Below are positions 40,825 through 52,745 of a DNA stretch of 64,000 nucleotides, in pieces. Source of the DNA: Scenedesmus sp. PABB004 (Eukaryota); the NCBI GenBank assembly GCA_014905635.1, contig JABVCE010000007.1, positions 1,178,001 to 1,242,000 of the forward strand. Direction: 5' to 3'. The first letter of the stretch is position 1. Each line of letters begins with the position of its first letter. The notes under the pieces were generated by a model. It saw only the letters and a list, made by a program, of their open reading frames with translations. It ran no database searches and had not been told where the DNA came from. A program made the position numbers and the translations under genes.

Positions 40825-41961
40825 TGTGCGGGCAGCCTCCTCCGGCGCAGCCGCTCAGGCGCCCGCCGCCCTCGCCCGTAGCTCCTGGCACGGCTGTAGG
40901 GCGGCAAAAAGCGGGTCGGCGCGCGGTCGGAGGGGCGCGGTACGCAGGGACGGCCCACGGGGGTGCGCGTGGGCAGCACCCGTCCGCACCAGCCCGCGCG
41001 CGGCCGGGCGACGGCGCCCGCCGGCCGCACGCGGCGGCTTCGGCCTCGCGGCGCGGCGGCGCCGGCGCGCGCTGTCGCCCGCCCCCAGGATGCGGTGCGC
41101 CCCGGCGCGCTGAGCGCTGCGTCGCTGCTGCCCGGCGCTCCCCGACGCCGCTCGCTCGCTCGTCTCTGCACGGCGCACCTGCATTCGGCCGCGCAGCAGG
41201 TGGGGCTCCGGCGGTGCACCAAAGCCGTCTGTTGCAGGCGCGTTGCGGTGCGCCGCGCGTGGCCCGTTGGTGCGGAGCTCCAGGGTCAAACGCTAAGCGT
41301 CGTGCGCGCGAGCAGGGCGCGCGAGGGCCAGGCGGGCGTGCACGGGACCCACGTGGTGACAGTCGGTGGGTTTAGGCCCGCGCCGCGGGCAAACAATGCC
41401 CGACTGCGCTCCGCCCGCGCGCGCACACAGCGGTCAGCTGCCGGCGCTCCGGTGCGCGTTCTGGCGGCAGGCCGCTCAACGCCGCCGCCGCCGCCGCCGC
41501 CGCCGCCGGTGGCACGCGGCGAAAGCCAAACCCACGCAACCAACCCTGCGCCGGGGGGTTGTGTGGCGCGCGGCGGGCTCTGCACAGTGCGGCGCGCCAG
41601 CAGTGCCCGAGGCGGCGCTGCGGCGCCGCGCTGTGTCGCGCTGACTCTCGCGCGCCACCGCGCCACACTCCGCGCCGCGCTCATCGGCCGGGTGGCGAGC
41701 CGGCGCCCGCGGCGGCGCCGCGGCGCACGACGCCCCCCTATGCTAAACCCCGGCGCGTGGCGCGATTTGACGAACAGCGTGGGATTTTGTCGGCACCGCG
41801 CACGTGCCCCTCCGCACCACCGCTGCCGTTGCGGCAGCCCGCGCGCCAGGTGGAGCCGCATGCGTCGTCCCGCCGACGGCAGCAGCTCGGGCGCCGCACA
41901 GCGCCGCGCAGGCCGGCCGCCCATGGGCGCATCGCAACGGGTGAACTAGAAGCCTCGTGAC

Positions 41962-44900
41962 ATGGACGTGGACGGGTGCGGCTGGGCGCGCTCAGCGGCG
42001 CGGCAGCAGCAGCGCGCCGCGCTGCTCGCGGCCGCCGCAGCGCGCCGGCTGAGCGGGGCGGGCTGGTGCGCAGGGAAAACACGCTGCGCATCATGGTCTC
42101 CACCGACAACCACCTGGTGCGCCCGTGGGGCGCAGCGCGGGCCGGCCACGCGCGATGCCCGCGAGGCGCAGCAGGCGCAGCAGCAGCGCGCCTGCGCGTC
42201 GTGGGCCGGCACCTGGCGGGCCGGTTGCGCAGGTGGCATGCGCGATCACCTCCAGCGCGCCGTGGCCGCGCGTGGGCGCCATGCGCGCGCAGCTGGCGCC
42301 GCCGCTGCTGCAGCCCGCCTTTGGCTGCCCCGCGCCAGGCGCGGCCCGCCCGGCCCCGCAGCCGCCGTGGCGGCTTCAGCGCCCCGTTGCCCTGCCCTGG
42401 CCCGCCGCTGGGCGCTCGATCGGGGTCCCGCCGCGGCGCCGCCGTGCTGCGCCGCTGCTCCCGCGCGGCGCGGGCCCCGCCGCCCGACCGCCCGCCGCCG
42501 CCGCGCGCTGCCGCCGCCGCCGCGCGCTGCCACCACCGCCAGGGCGTGTGGGAGAAGGACGAGGACCGCAAGCACGACTCCTTCCGCGCGTTTGAGGAGG
42601 TGCTGCAGCTCGCGGTCGAGCGCGGCGCCGACATGCTGCTGCTCGGTGGCGACCTCTTCCATGACAACAAGCCCAGCCGCGCCACGGTCATCCGCACAGT
42701 CGAGCTGCTCCACAAGTACTGCCTCGGCGACCGCCCCGTCGGCCTCAACGTGCTCAGCGACCCCGCGCAGAACTTTGTCAGCGGGTGCGGCGGGCAGCAC
42801 ACGCGGCCGCGGCGGCGGCAGCGCGCTCGCGCCGCGCCGGCGACGACGCGCGCCGCACGCCGTGCGCTGGCAGGCGTGCCAACTTTCTGAGCCCCGACAT
42901 CAACATCGCGCTGCCGGTGTTCACGATCCACGGCAACCACGACGACCCCGCGGGCCAGGACAACCTCTCCGCCGTCGACCTGCTCTCCAGCTGCGCCCTG
43001 GTCAACTACTTTGGCAAAGTGGTGCGCGCGCGGCGCGCACCCGGGTACTCGCCCGCGTGCCGCAGCCCGCCCGCCGGCAGCACCCCACCGCGCCCGCCGC
43101 GCCCGCCGCGCCCGCCACCGCAGCTGCTGGCGGGCAACAGCATCGGCAGCATCGACCTGGCGCCCGTCCTCATCCAGAAGGTGCGCGGGAGGGACGCGCG
43201 CACGCATGCCCGCCCGCCCGCCCGCCGCGCGGCTGCCCGGCCGCGCGCCGCGCGCGCGGGGCCGCCGCCCGGTCGCCGGCCGCGCCTCCCACGCACGCAC
43301 GCGCGCGCGGGCGCACACGCACGCGCGCCCACGCGCCCCGACGCGCGCACGCGCGCCCCGCCAGGGCACCACCAAGCTCGCGCTCTACGGCCTCGGCAAC
43401 GTGCGCGACGAGCGCCTGGGCCGGCTCTTCCAGACGCCCAACTGCGTCAACTGGTGCGCGCCCGCGCGGCGCGGCGCGGCCGCCGCGCGCGCCCCGGGCG
43501 CGCCGCCCAGCGTGCCGCGCGCGCGCGCGCACACGGTCATACGCACACGCGCGCACGCGCACACGCACGCGCACACGCACGCGCACACGCGCGCAGGATG
43601 CGGCCCGCCAGCACGCCCGAGTACCCGCTGGAGGACTGGCTCAACATCTTTGTGCTCCACCAGAACCGCGTCTCGCACGGCGCGGGCGCCAAGAACTGCC
43701 TGCAGGTGCGGCGCGGCGCGGGGCTGCGGCGCGGCGCGCTGTGGACCCGCTGCGGCGCGGCGCGCGGCGTGTGACGCGGCCGCGGCGCGCAGGAGCGTCA
43801 CCTGCCGGCGTTCATGGACTTGATCATCTGGGGCCACGAGCACGAGTGCATCACCGAGCTGCAGGCATGGCGCGCGGCGTGGCCGCGCCTTGCAGGGCAG
43901 CGGCCCACGGCGGCCGCGCCGCAGGGCGCCGCGCGCGCGCGCGGCGCCGCGCCTGCGCGCGAGCCCACGCCCTCTTCCCGCCGCCGCCGCGCAGCCGCTG
44001 CAGGGGCTGACGGACGAGGCGCGCGAGTGCGTGGTGCTGCAGCCAGGCTCGTCCGTCGCGACGGCGCTGAGCGAGGGTGCGCGGCCGGCTGCGACCGTGC
44101 GCAGCGCGCCGGGCCGGCGACGGCTGTGCGTGTCCCCCGCGCGCGCCGACGCCGCGCCGCGCCGCGCCGCGCCGCGCCGCGCCGCGCAGGCGAGTCGCGG
44201 CCGAAGCACGTGTTCCAGATTGACCTGCGCGGCACCGAGTGGCGCTCCGTGAAGCTGCCGCTGACAACGGTGCGGCCGTTTGTGTGGGACACGGTCGCGC
44301 TCGCGGCGGCGCAGCCGCCGCTGGAGCCGGAGGACGCGGAGGGCATCAACGCCCACCTGGAGCGCAAGGCGAGCGCGCGCGTGTCGAACTGCAGGGGGCC
44401 GCCGCCCCGCGCCGCGCGGGGCCAACGCGCGCCGCGGGCCGCCGCCCACTCGCCCGGCCCGCGTAACACCCAGCGCAGGTCGCGGCCATGATCCAGCAGG
44501 CCGCGCGCGACGCGGCGCAGCAGCAGGTCACGCTGCAGGAGCGCGCCGCCGCCGCGCGCGGGGCCGTGGACGGCGGCGGCGGCGGCGGCGCGGCGCCGCC
44601 GCTGCCGGCGCTGCTGCCGCTCATCCGGCTGCGCGTGGACTACACCGGCTTTGGGACCATCAACAGCCAGCGCTTCGGCCAGAAGTTTGTGGGCAAGGTC
44701 GCCAACCCGCACGACATGCTGCTCTGGGCAAAGGCGTCCGCGCGGCGCGCCAAGGACGGCGGCGGCGCGGGCGCGCGCGACGCGGCCGAGGCGGGCGGCG
44801 CCGCGGGCGCGCTCGGGCTGAGCTCGCTGCGCCCGGAGCAGCTCGACCAGGTGCGGCGGCGGCGACGACCCGGGGCGCCGCCGCCGCCGCGCGCGCCGCG

Positions 44901-46713
44901 CACGCGCGCCTCTCCGCGCCCGTGGTGCGCCCGGCCCCGTCCCCACCAGCGCACCGCTCCACTCGTCGCCCGCGCGCGCGTTACAGGCGCGCATCGAGGA
45001 CCTGGTCGCGGCCAACCTGACGGCGCGGCTGGACATCCTGCCGCCTGACGAGCTCGCGCTCGCGCTGCACGACTTTGTGGAGAAGGACGAGCGCGCGGCG
45101 CTCGCGGCGTGCGTGAGCACCGTGCTGACCGAGACGCAGGCCGCCGCGGTGCGTGAGAGGGGGGAGCGTGCGTGTGCGCGCCAGGCGCGGCGCCGCGCGG
45201 CGCCGACCGCGGCGCCCACGGCGCCCGCGCGCCCACGGCGCCCGCGCGCCCGCGCGCCGCAGGTGACGCGCCCGGGCGCCGACCTGGAGGACGCCGCGGC
45301 GGAGGGCGCGGTGGACGGCGGCGGGCCCGCGCCGGCGCGGCTCAAGGACGAGGACATAAGCAACGTGGTCAGCCTCTGCGTGCAGAGCCGGCAGGCCAGC
45401 CGGCTCAGCAGCGGGGCGCCGGGCGGCACACCGTCGGCGGCGCGCGGCGCGCCGCCGCCCGGCGGCTGGGCGCCCGACGGCATGGACGTTGACGGCGACG
45501 GCGGCGGCGCCGGCCGCGGCGCGGCGCGCGGCGGCATGCCGCCGCCCGCGCCGCGCGGGCGCCAGAAGCGCGGCGCCGCGGCCGGCGGCGGCGCCGCGCG
45601 GCAGGTCGGCCTCGCGGAGGCGTTTGCGCGCGGCTCGCAGCAGGCGGGCCCCACCTCGCCGGTCGGCCGCACCGGCAGCAACCTGGACGGCGTCCTCGCG
45701 CCCGGCGACGGCGGCGGCACGCCAAGCCAGGGCACGAGCCGCAGCCGTGCCGCGGCGAGCAGCGCGCGCGGCGCGCGTGGCCGCGGCCGCGGCCGCGGGC
45801 GCAAGGCCGCCCCGGCAGCGCTCGACTCGGAGGAGGAGTTTGAGAGTGAGGAGGGAATCTCCGACGACGACGACGACGACGAGCCGCCCGCCAAGCGCGC
45901 GCGCGGTGGGCCCGGGGAGGGGCAGGGAAGGGAGGGGCTCTGCGGGCGCGCCAGGCCCCCTGCCGCAGCCCGCTCGACGTGCCGCCGCGCGGCCGACGCG
46001 CGCGTGCCTGACGCGCGTGCGCCGCCGCCGCCGCCGCCGCCGCCGCTGCGGCCGCAGCCTCGCCGCGGCCCAAGCGCGGCGCGGCCAAGCGCGGCTCCTA
46101 CTCCGAGGCCGCCGACGGCGACGCGCCCGTGAGCGACGACGAGCAGCCCGCCGCGCCCGCGCCCGGCCGGCGCGGCGCCGCCCCTCCCGGCGGCGCGCGG
46201 CGCGGCGGCGGCGGCGGCAGCGTGTCGCGCGGCGGCACGCTGCCGCCGCCTTCGAGCGAGCAGTACAGCCTGCTGAGCGAGGACGAGGAGGAGGGCATCT
46301 CGGAGGCGCCGAGCTCTGAGCACGAGCCGATTGAGAGCGACTCGCAGGCGACCGCCGGCGGCCGCGCGGCCGGCCGCGCCGGCGGCGGCCGCGCGCGCGC
46401 GGGCGGCGGCGGCCGCGCCGCCGGCAGCCAGCAGACGGGCGGCCGCACGCGCGGCGTCGGGGGTGCGCCGGCCGCGGGCGTCGGGGGCGCGCCGGTTGCG
46501 GGCCGCGCGGCGCTGCGCCGGCGCGCACACGTCACGCGCAGCGCCCCGCTCGCCGCCGCAGGCCCCACGCCCTCGCAGGGCACGGGGGGCGCCTCGATCG
46601 ACGGCGGCTTCGTCGACAGCGACGACGACGCGGCGCCGCCGGTCGCGTCGAAGCAGAGCGCGGGCGGCCGGCGGCGCGTGCTGCCGGGCTCGCTCGCCGG
46701 CGGCCGCAAGTGA
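41962..46713 (+). CDS. MRE11: Double-strand break repair nuclease MRE11
   Basis: [84 protein letters not shown] and an RG-rich tail. Confidence 0.97.
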
Positions 46714-47151
46714 GCGTGAGGCGCGGCGCGGCGCGGCGCGGCGCGGCCGGGCCGTCGGGTGTGGCGTGACCCGGCGAGCAGCGGGGGCGTTGGCGGCGGC
46801 TGCGGGCGGCGCGCTCTGGCGAGGCCGGCCGCGGCGGCGCAGCTTGCAAAAGCGCGGTGCCGCTGCTCGCGCCGCCGCTCGATCTGCGGTCCCGGGAGCC
46901 GCCCGTCCATTCGTCGTTGCTCCAGAGCGCGCGGGGGTCTTTGCGATTAGCCTTGTCGGCGCGGGGTCCCCACGACGGACCCAAGCCGAGAGCGCCTCCC
47001 GAGCTCGCCATCATGCCGGAGCGCCCGCTCTGAGGCGAGGGCGCGTGAACCGCGTCGGTCGCGCAGCTGAGGCGCGACGCGGGGCTGGCCGGGTCGACTC
47101 GACATCTTTTTCTTTCGCCCCGCGCCTCCACTTCCGTTGCACCTCACCGGG

Positions 47152-50100
47152 ATGGCGGATCCCACCGCGCCGGCCGCCGTGATGCTACCGCGGAGCCGGC
47201 GGAGCCGGCAGCGCGTGCCGCCGGCCGGCGGCGCCGAGCAGCAGCAGCGGGGGGCGGGCGCGCCGCGCCGCCGGCGGCGCCCGGCCCGCGGCCTGGCAGC
47301 GCTGGCGCTGCTGGTGGCGGCGCTGGCGCTGGGCGCGGCGCCAGCGACCGCCGCCGCGGCGCCGGCGTCTGCGCCGGCCGCTGCGCCGCCCGGCACCGCG
47401 GCGCCGGGCACCGCGGCGCCGAACGGGTCGGCGACGGTGCACGTGAACGCGGCCTCGGCCGGCCTGCTCGCGGCGCTGCGCGACCCGCGCGTCGGCCTGA
47501 TCCTGCTGGACAGCAACTACTCGCTCGGCAGCGCCGAGTTTGACGCCATCAGCGCGGCCGCGCACGAGGACCGCGTGAAGCTCACGCGCAACGTCACCGT
47601 CGCGGGCACGGACGGCTCCATGCCGCTGCTCGACCTGGGCTTCCGGCGCAGCCTCGTGCACCTCTGCGGCGACTGCCGCTTCACGTTTGTGCGTCGCCGC
47701 GCGGGGGGAAGGGGGGGGGGCGTGCGCCGCCAGTGTCGCAGGTCGGCGTGCTGCTGCGCGTGCCGACGCGCCGCGCCGCGCCGGGCTCGCAGGAGAATCT
47801 GTCCATCGCCAAGGAGCGCCGCGGCAACGGCGCCGGCATCGACCTGCTGCAGGGTGCGCACGCGCCCGCCGCGCCGCGCACTCCGCCGCGCCGACCGCCC
47901 GCCGCGCCGACCGCCGCGCCCGCCGCGCCCGCCGCGCCGACCGCCGCCCGCGCCCGCCGGCCGCGCGCAGGCGAGCCCGGCAGCCTGGTGGTGCTCCGGA
48001 ACAGCTATCGCGTGCGGCCGGTGTGCACGAGCACCAACTCGACCATGGAGCTCATTCGCAAAGGCGCGCCACGGCCCGCTGACGCTGCGCGGCGCGGCGC
48101 GGCGCCCGGCGGCGCCGCGCCCGGCGGCGCGCGCTGACCCCCTTGCGCCCGGCGCCGCCCCCTCCCTCGCGCCGCCGCAGACCAGCACCGCTCGCCGCGC
48201 ATCCCCGCGCCGGACGGCAGCCTGACGCAGTGGCTGGGGTACGCCAACGTCACGTACCAGGGCACCACCTTCACCGACATGCTGCTGCTGCGGGACTACG
48301 CCTACGACGTGCCACCCAGCTTCCAGGAGGGCGAGGGGTCGCTGGGAGGCTACACGCTGGTGCGCCGCCGCGCTGGCGCGGCCGGCCCGCGTCGCGCCGC
48401 CGCCGCCGCCGCCGCCGCGCTGACGCGGCCGCCCCGCGCGCGCCCGCTGCGCGGCAGAACACCATCAACACCACGCGCCTGTGCAGCCACGGCGTGCCCG
48501 CGTCCTGCCTGGCGATCAAGTCGCCCGACGTGCGCGGGCGCGGGCGGGGGTCGGCGCGGCGCGGTGCCTGCCAGCGGCGGCAGGGCCAGCCCGCTGCAGC
48601 GCCTGCCAGCGGCAGGGCCCGCCCGCCCAGCAGCGCGCGGCTCACCACAGCCCCCTGCCGTGGCCGGCGCCGCCGCAGACGTGCGTGAACGAAGTGATTG
48701 ACCAGCTCCTGGCTGGAGAGCTGGACGCACGCCGCGGCCCGAGCGCGGTCGTGGTGGGGGTGGCCGTCTCGGTCGCCGTTGCGGGTGCGGCGCGCGCTTG
48801 GGCACGGCGCGGCGGCGGCGGCGGCGACGCGGGCGGGGCGCCGCCGACGCGCGTACGGCCGGCATCGGCGCAGGGGCGCTGGCGTCTGCTGGGCTGCTGG
48901 CGCTGTGGCTGCGCGCGCGCCGGCGGCGGCGCGCTGGCGCCGGCGGCGCTGGCGGCGGCGGGGGCGGCGGCGCCACCAAGGGCAGCGGGAGCTGCACTGG
49001 GACCAGCAGCGGCTCGCCGGCCGACCTCGAGAGCGGGTGCGCGCGATGGCGCACGGCTCCTGTGCTCTGCGGCGGCGGCGCCGCGGCGCGCCGGCCGCTC
49101 GCCCGCGCGCACGCAACAAGCACGTCGCCGCCGCCGCCGTCACCGCTGCCGCCGCCGGGCAGGCTTGGCGGCGGCCTCGCCCAGCCGCTGCTGCTAGAGG
49201 AGGCGGGCTGGACGGTCGTGAGCTCTCGCACCGCCCCGGGCGTCACAGGCGGCGGCGGCAAGATTCGCTTCGGCGCGTGCTTAGGCGCCGGGTCATACGG
49301 CCGCGTGTATTCCGGCCGCTGGGCGGGGCGCGACGTGGCGATCAAGGCGAGCGCCGCAGCGCGGCGCGCGCGGCGCCGGCCCAGCACCCACGGCGCCCTG
49401 CGCGCGCGCTGAGCGGCGCGCTGAGCGGCGCGCTGAGCGGCGCGCGCCCGCCCGGCGCGCCAGGTCATCGAGCACGACAGCGAGACCGCAGCGGCGGTGG
49501 AGAACGAGGTGCAGCTGATGCTGAGCTTTGCCGACAGCGCCCACGTGGTCAAGGGTGCGGCGCGGCGCGGTGTGGCTGGGGCGGCGCGTTCCGGGCAGCG
49601 CGCCGGGCGCAGCGCGCCGAGCCGCCGCGCCGCCCGCCGCGCCCGACAGCGTTTCACTACGTCACGTGGTCGTACAGCGGCGGCGACGCGGCCGGCAGCG
49701 ACGCGCCCAGCATCAGCGCCGGCAGCGGCGCGGCGCGGTCGAGCTACGCGCTGAGCGCCACGCCGCTGGCCCCGCGTTTGCACCTGGCGGCGCCGTCGTC
49801 GGGCGGCACGCCGCGGGCGGGCACGGGCGCGCCGGCGGCGGCGCCGCAGGTCAACGCGGGCGACAGCAGCGCGCCCCGCAGCAGCAGCAGCGGCAGCGGC
49901 TCGGCCGTGGCGCTGCACTCTGTGCTGGGGCAGTCCATGGTCGCAAGCGCGTCCGAGCTGCAGCAGCAGCAGGTGCTGGCACGGCTGGCGGCGCTGGCGA
50001 AGAGCGAGGGCGCCGGCAGCCCGCCGAGCAGCCGCGGCGCGAGCACGGACCTCACGCCGGCGCAGGTTGCGGAGCTGCTGGCGGCCGTGCAGCAGCAGGC

Positions 50101-50979
50101 GGCCGCCGGCGTGGCGCCGCCCACGGCGCCGCCGCCTGGCGCGGGGGGCTCCGTGAACGGCTGGGCGCTGGGCGCGGCGGGCGGCAGCGTCCACGGCTCG
50201 GCCGCGTCGTTCGGCGCGGCGCGCGACAGCTGGGCGCCCGGCATGGACCACCGCAGCTGGTGGCCGGGCATGGACACGACGCAGACCTCCGACGCGGGCC
50301 GCGCCGGCGGCGCGGATGTGCTGGCGGCGCGCACAAAGCGCAAGACGTGGATCGTCCAAGGCGAGGCTGCGCCGCGCGCCGCGCGCCGCCGCCACCGCCG
50401 CCGCCGCAACGCGCTCAGCTCGCGGGGGCCCCGCGCCTCGGCGCGCACGCCGCTGACCGCGGGACCCCGCCGCCGCCGCCGCCGCCGTTGCCGCGCACCG
50501 CCAGAGCTGTGCGACGCCGGCCAGCTGTGCGAGCTGGTGCCCCGCGTGGCGCCCGACCCTCGGACGACGCGCAGCTGCTGGTGCTGCTGGAGCTGCTGCA
50601 GGGCGCGGCGCGGGGGCTGATGGAGCTCCACGCCAAGGGCGTCGTGCACGGCGACGTGGTGCGCGCGCGCGCTGAGACTCGCCGGCGGCACCGGCGCCGG
50701 CGGCGGCGCGCCCGCCCACGCGCGCGCCGCCGCCGCGCCGCGCCGCGCGCGCCCAGAACGCGCGCAACGTGCTGTGCAAGCGGGTCCCCGACGGCGCGTG
50801 CGGCGCGGTGCCGTACGAGGTGAAGATCTCAGACCTCGGCCTCTCCCGCATCATCAAGCAGCACTCCACGCACCGCACCACGGTGCGCCGCGCGGCCGGC
50901 AATGGAGCGCGGGGGGGGGGGGGGGGGGGGGCAGCACGCGCCGCGCGGCGCGACGCTCGCGCGCGTGCGCTCACCTCTT

Positions 50980-51031
<52 letters not shown>

Positions 51032-52042
51032 GCCCGGCCGCCAGAACACCGTCGGTGAGCGCGCGCCGCGGGGCGGGGCGGGCGGGGCGGCGCGCGCCCG
51101 CCGCGGCGCCGGCCTGGCCCGGCGGCCGGCCCGCGGCCGACCCGCGCGCCGCGCACGCACGCGCAGGCACGCTCTCGCACATGTCCCCCGAGCTGCTGCG
51201 CTATGGGCGGCTGAGCCCCGCGGTCGACATCTTTGCATTCGGTGCGCCGCGGCGCGGCGCGCGCGCGCGCGCGTGCCCCCCTCGCCCCTCCCCCTGGCTC
51301 GGCGCGCCGCCGCCGCGCGCGCGCCGAGCGCCGGTCCCCGCGCCCCGCCCCCGCGCTCGCGGCAGGCGTGATGATGTGGGAGATCTTCACCGGCAAGGCC
51401 GCCTTCCGCAACCTGCAGTATGGTCAGTCGGCGGCCCGACCCGCGCCGCCGCACGCCGCCGCCGCCGCCGCCGCCGCCGCCCCGCCGCCGCCCCGCCGCC
51501 GCCGCCGCCGCCGCCGCGACGCCTCCGCCGCGCGCTGACGGGCCGCGCCGCCGCGCGCGCTCTGGCACACTGCGCCGGTCGCAGGCATGTTCTTTGAGCA
51601 GGTCGTGCTGCGCAACGCGCGCCCGCCGGTGCCGCCAGACATGCCGGACGACTACGCCTTCCTCATGACCAGCGCCTGGTGCGCCTGCGCGCGCGCCAGC
51701 AGCCTCGCGCGCGCGCCAGCGGGCGCTCGGCGGGGCGCGGCCCCGCCCGCGCGCGCGCGGCCGGCGGCCGGTGGGGGGGGGGGGGGCGGTGCTCCCCGCG
51801 GGCGCGCCGCGCGCCCACCGCCGCACGCCCCGCCGCCGCGCCACCTGCCCGCGCCCGCCGCCTGCGCCGCCAGGGCGACAGAGCCGGCCGACCGGCCGAC
51901 CGCGCGGCAGGTGCTCGACTGCCTCGCGCTCATGCTGCGCAGCCGCTTGAGCGGCACGCCCGCGCCCGCGCCCGCGCTGGCGCCCGCGCTGGCGCAGGTG
52001 CTGGCGCCGCCGGCGCCGCGCGCGCCCGCCGGCCACTGGTAG
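47152..52042 (+). CDS. Receptor-like tyrosine-kinase-like (TKL) protein kinase: signal peptide, ectodomain, TM and kinase domain
   Basis: LGAGSYGRVY, VAIK, NEV, HGDV|NARNVL, DLG, GTLSHMSPE, DIFAF|G and RPT. TM segment VVVGVAVSVAVA|GALASAGLLALWL. Apparent 1-nt frameshift near 50558. Confidence 0.85.
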
Positions 52043-52679
52043 CTGGGGGGGAAGGGGGGCCGTGGCGGGGGCTGCGCCGAGCGAACGGCGGCCGCCCCGG
52101 GATGCACAGGGGGCCTGGCGCGGCGGCCTCTGTGTGTGCACACGCACGCCGGCTGCTTTGAGCACGCAGCGCCGGTGGGTGGCGGCCAATCGCGGTCAGG
52201 GCATCAGCGTGAATATCAGACCGGGCAGCGGCGGCTCTCGTCTCAACGCGTGTTTGGGCGCCTTGGGCGCCTTGTTGCTGGCTGTTGGGTTGGCCTTTTG
52301 AATGATCACACACACTATTGCGTGGCCGGGCACAAACGCTGCGCGCGTTGACCGTCAGGCAAGAACTGCCTCGGTGGGCGTCAAGCGCCATTGGTTGGTC
52401 GGCATGCGGGCCCAGCCCTGGGTGGCGTGCCAGGCACGCAGAACGGGCGTGAGAACCACGGCATGGCGCACACGTTGCCGCGGCGTCTTTGGGTCAATTG
52501 CGGGGTTGACTGCGGCGGGAGCTCCCAGCATCCACCACCATCACCCGCGCGCGCCGCCGCTGCGCCTGCACGCGGGCGCCGCTCCCCGACGCCTGCCTGC
52601 TGGCGCTGGCGCTGCGTGTCGGTGGCGCCGCGGGAATGCGAAGTACTGCGTGCGTACGGTACGTTGCTTCTTCGTTGTG

Positions 52680-52684
52680 TGTAA
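52680..52684 (+). promoter_or_regulatory. TGTAA polyadenylation signal (kinase)
   Basis: TGTAA downstream of the kinase stop. Confidence 0.55.
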
Positions 52685-52745
52685 CGAATCACTGCGCGCG
52701 CCGAGGCCCCCCGCGCGCCGCGCCGCCGGTCGACCGGGAGTGACG

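Noticed and set aside
41740..41790. E2F or telo-box elements upstream of MRE11
   Set aside because: Only imperfect matches (GGCGCGATTT, CTAAACCCC).
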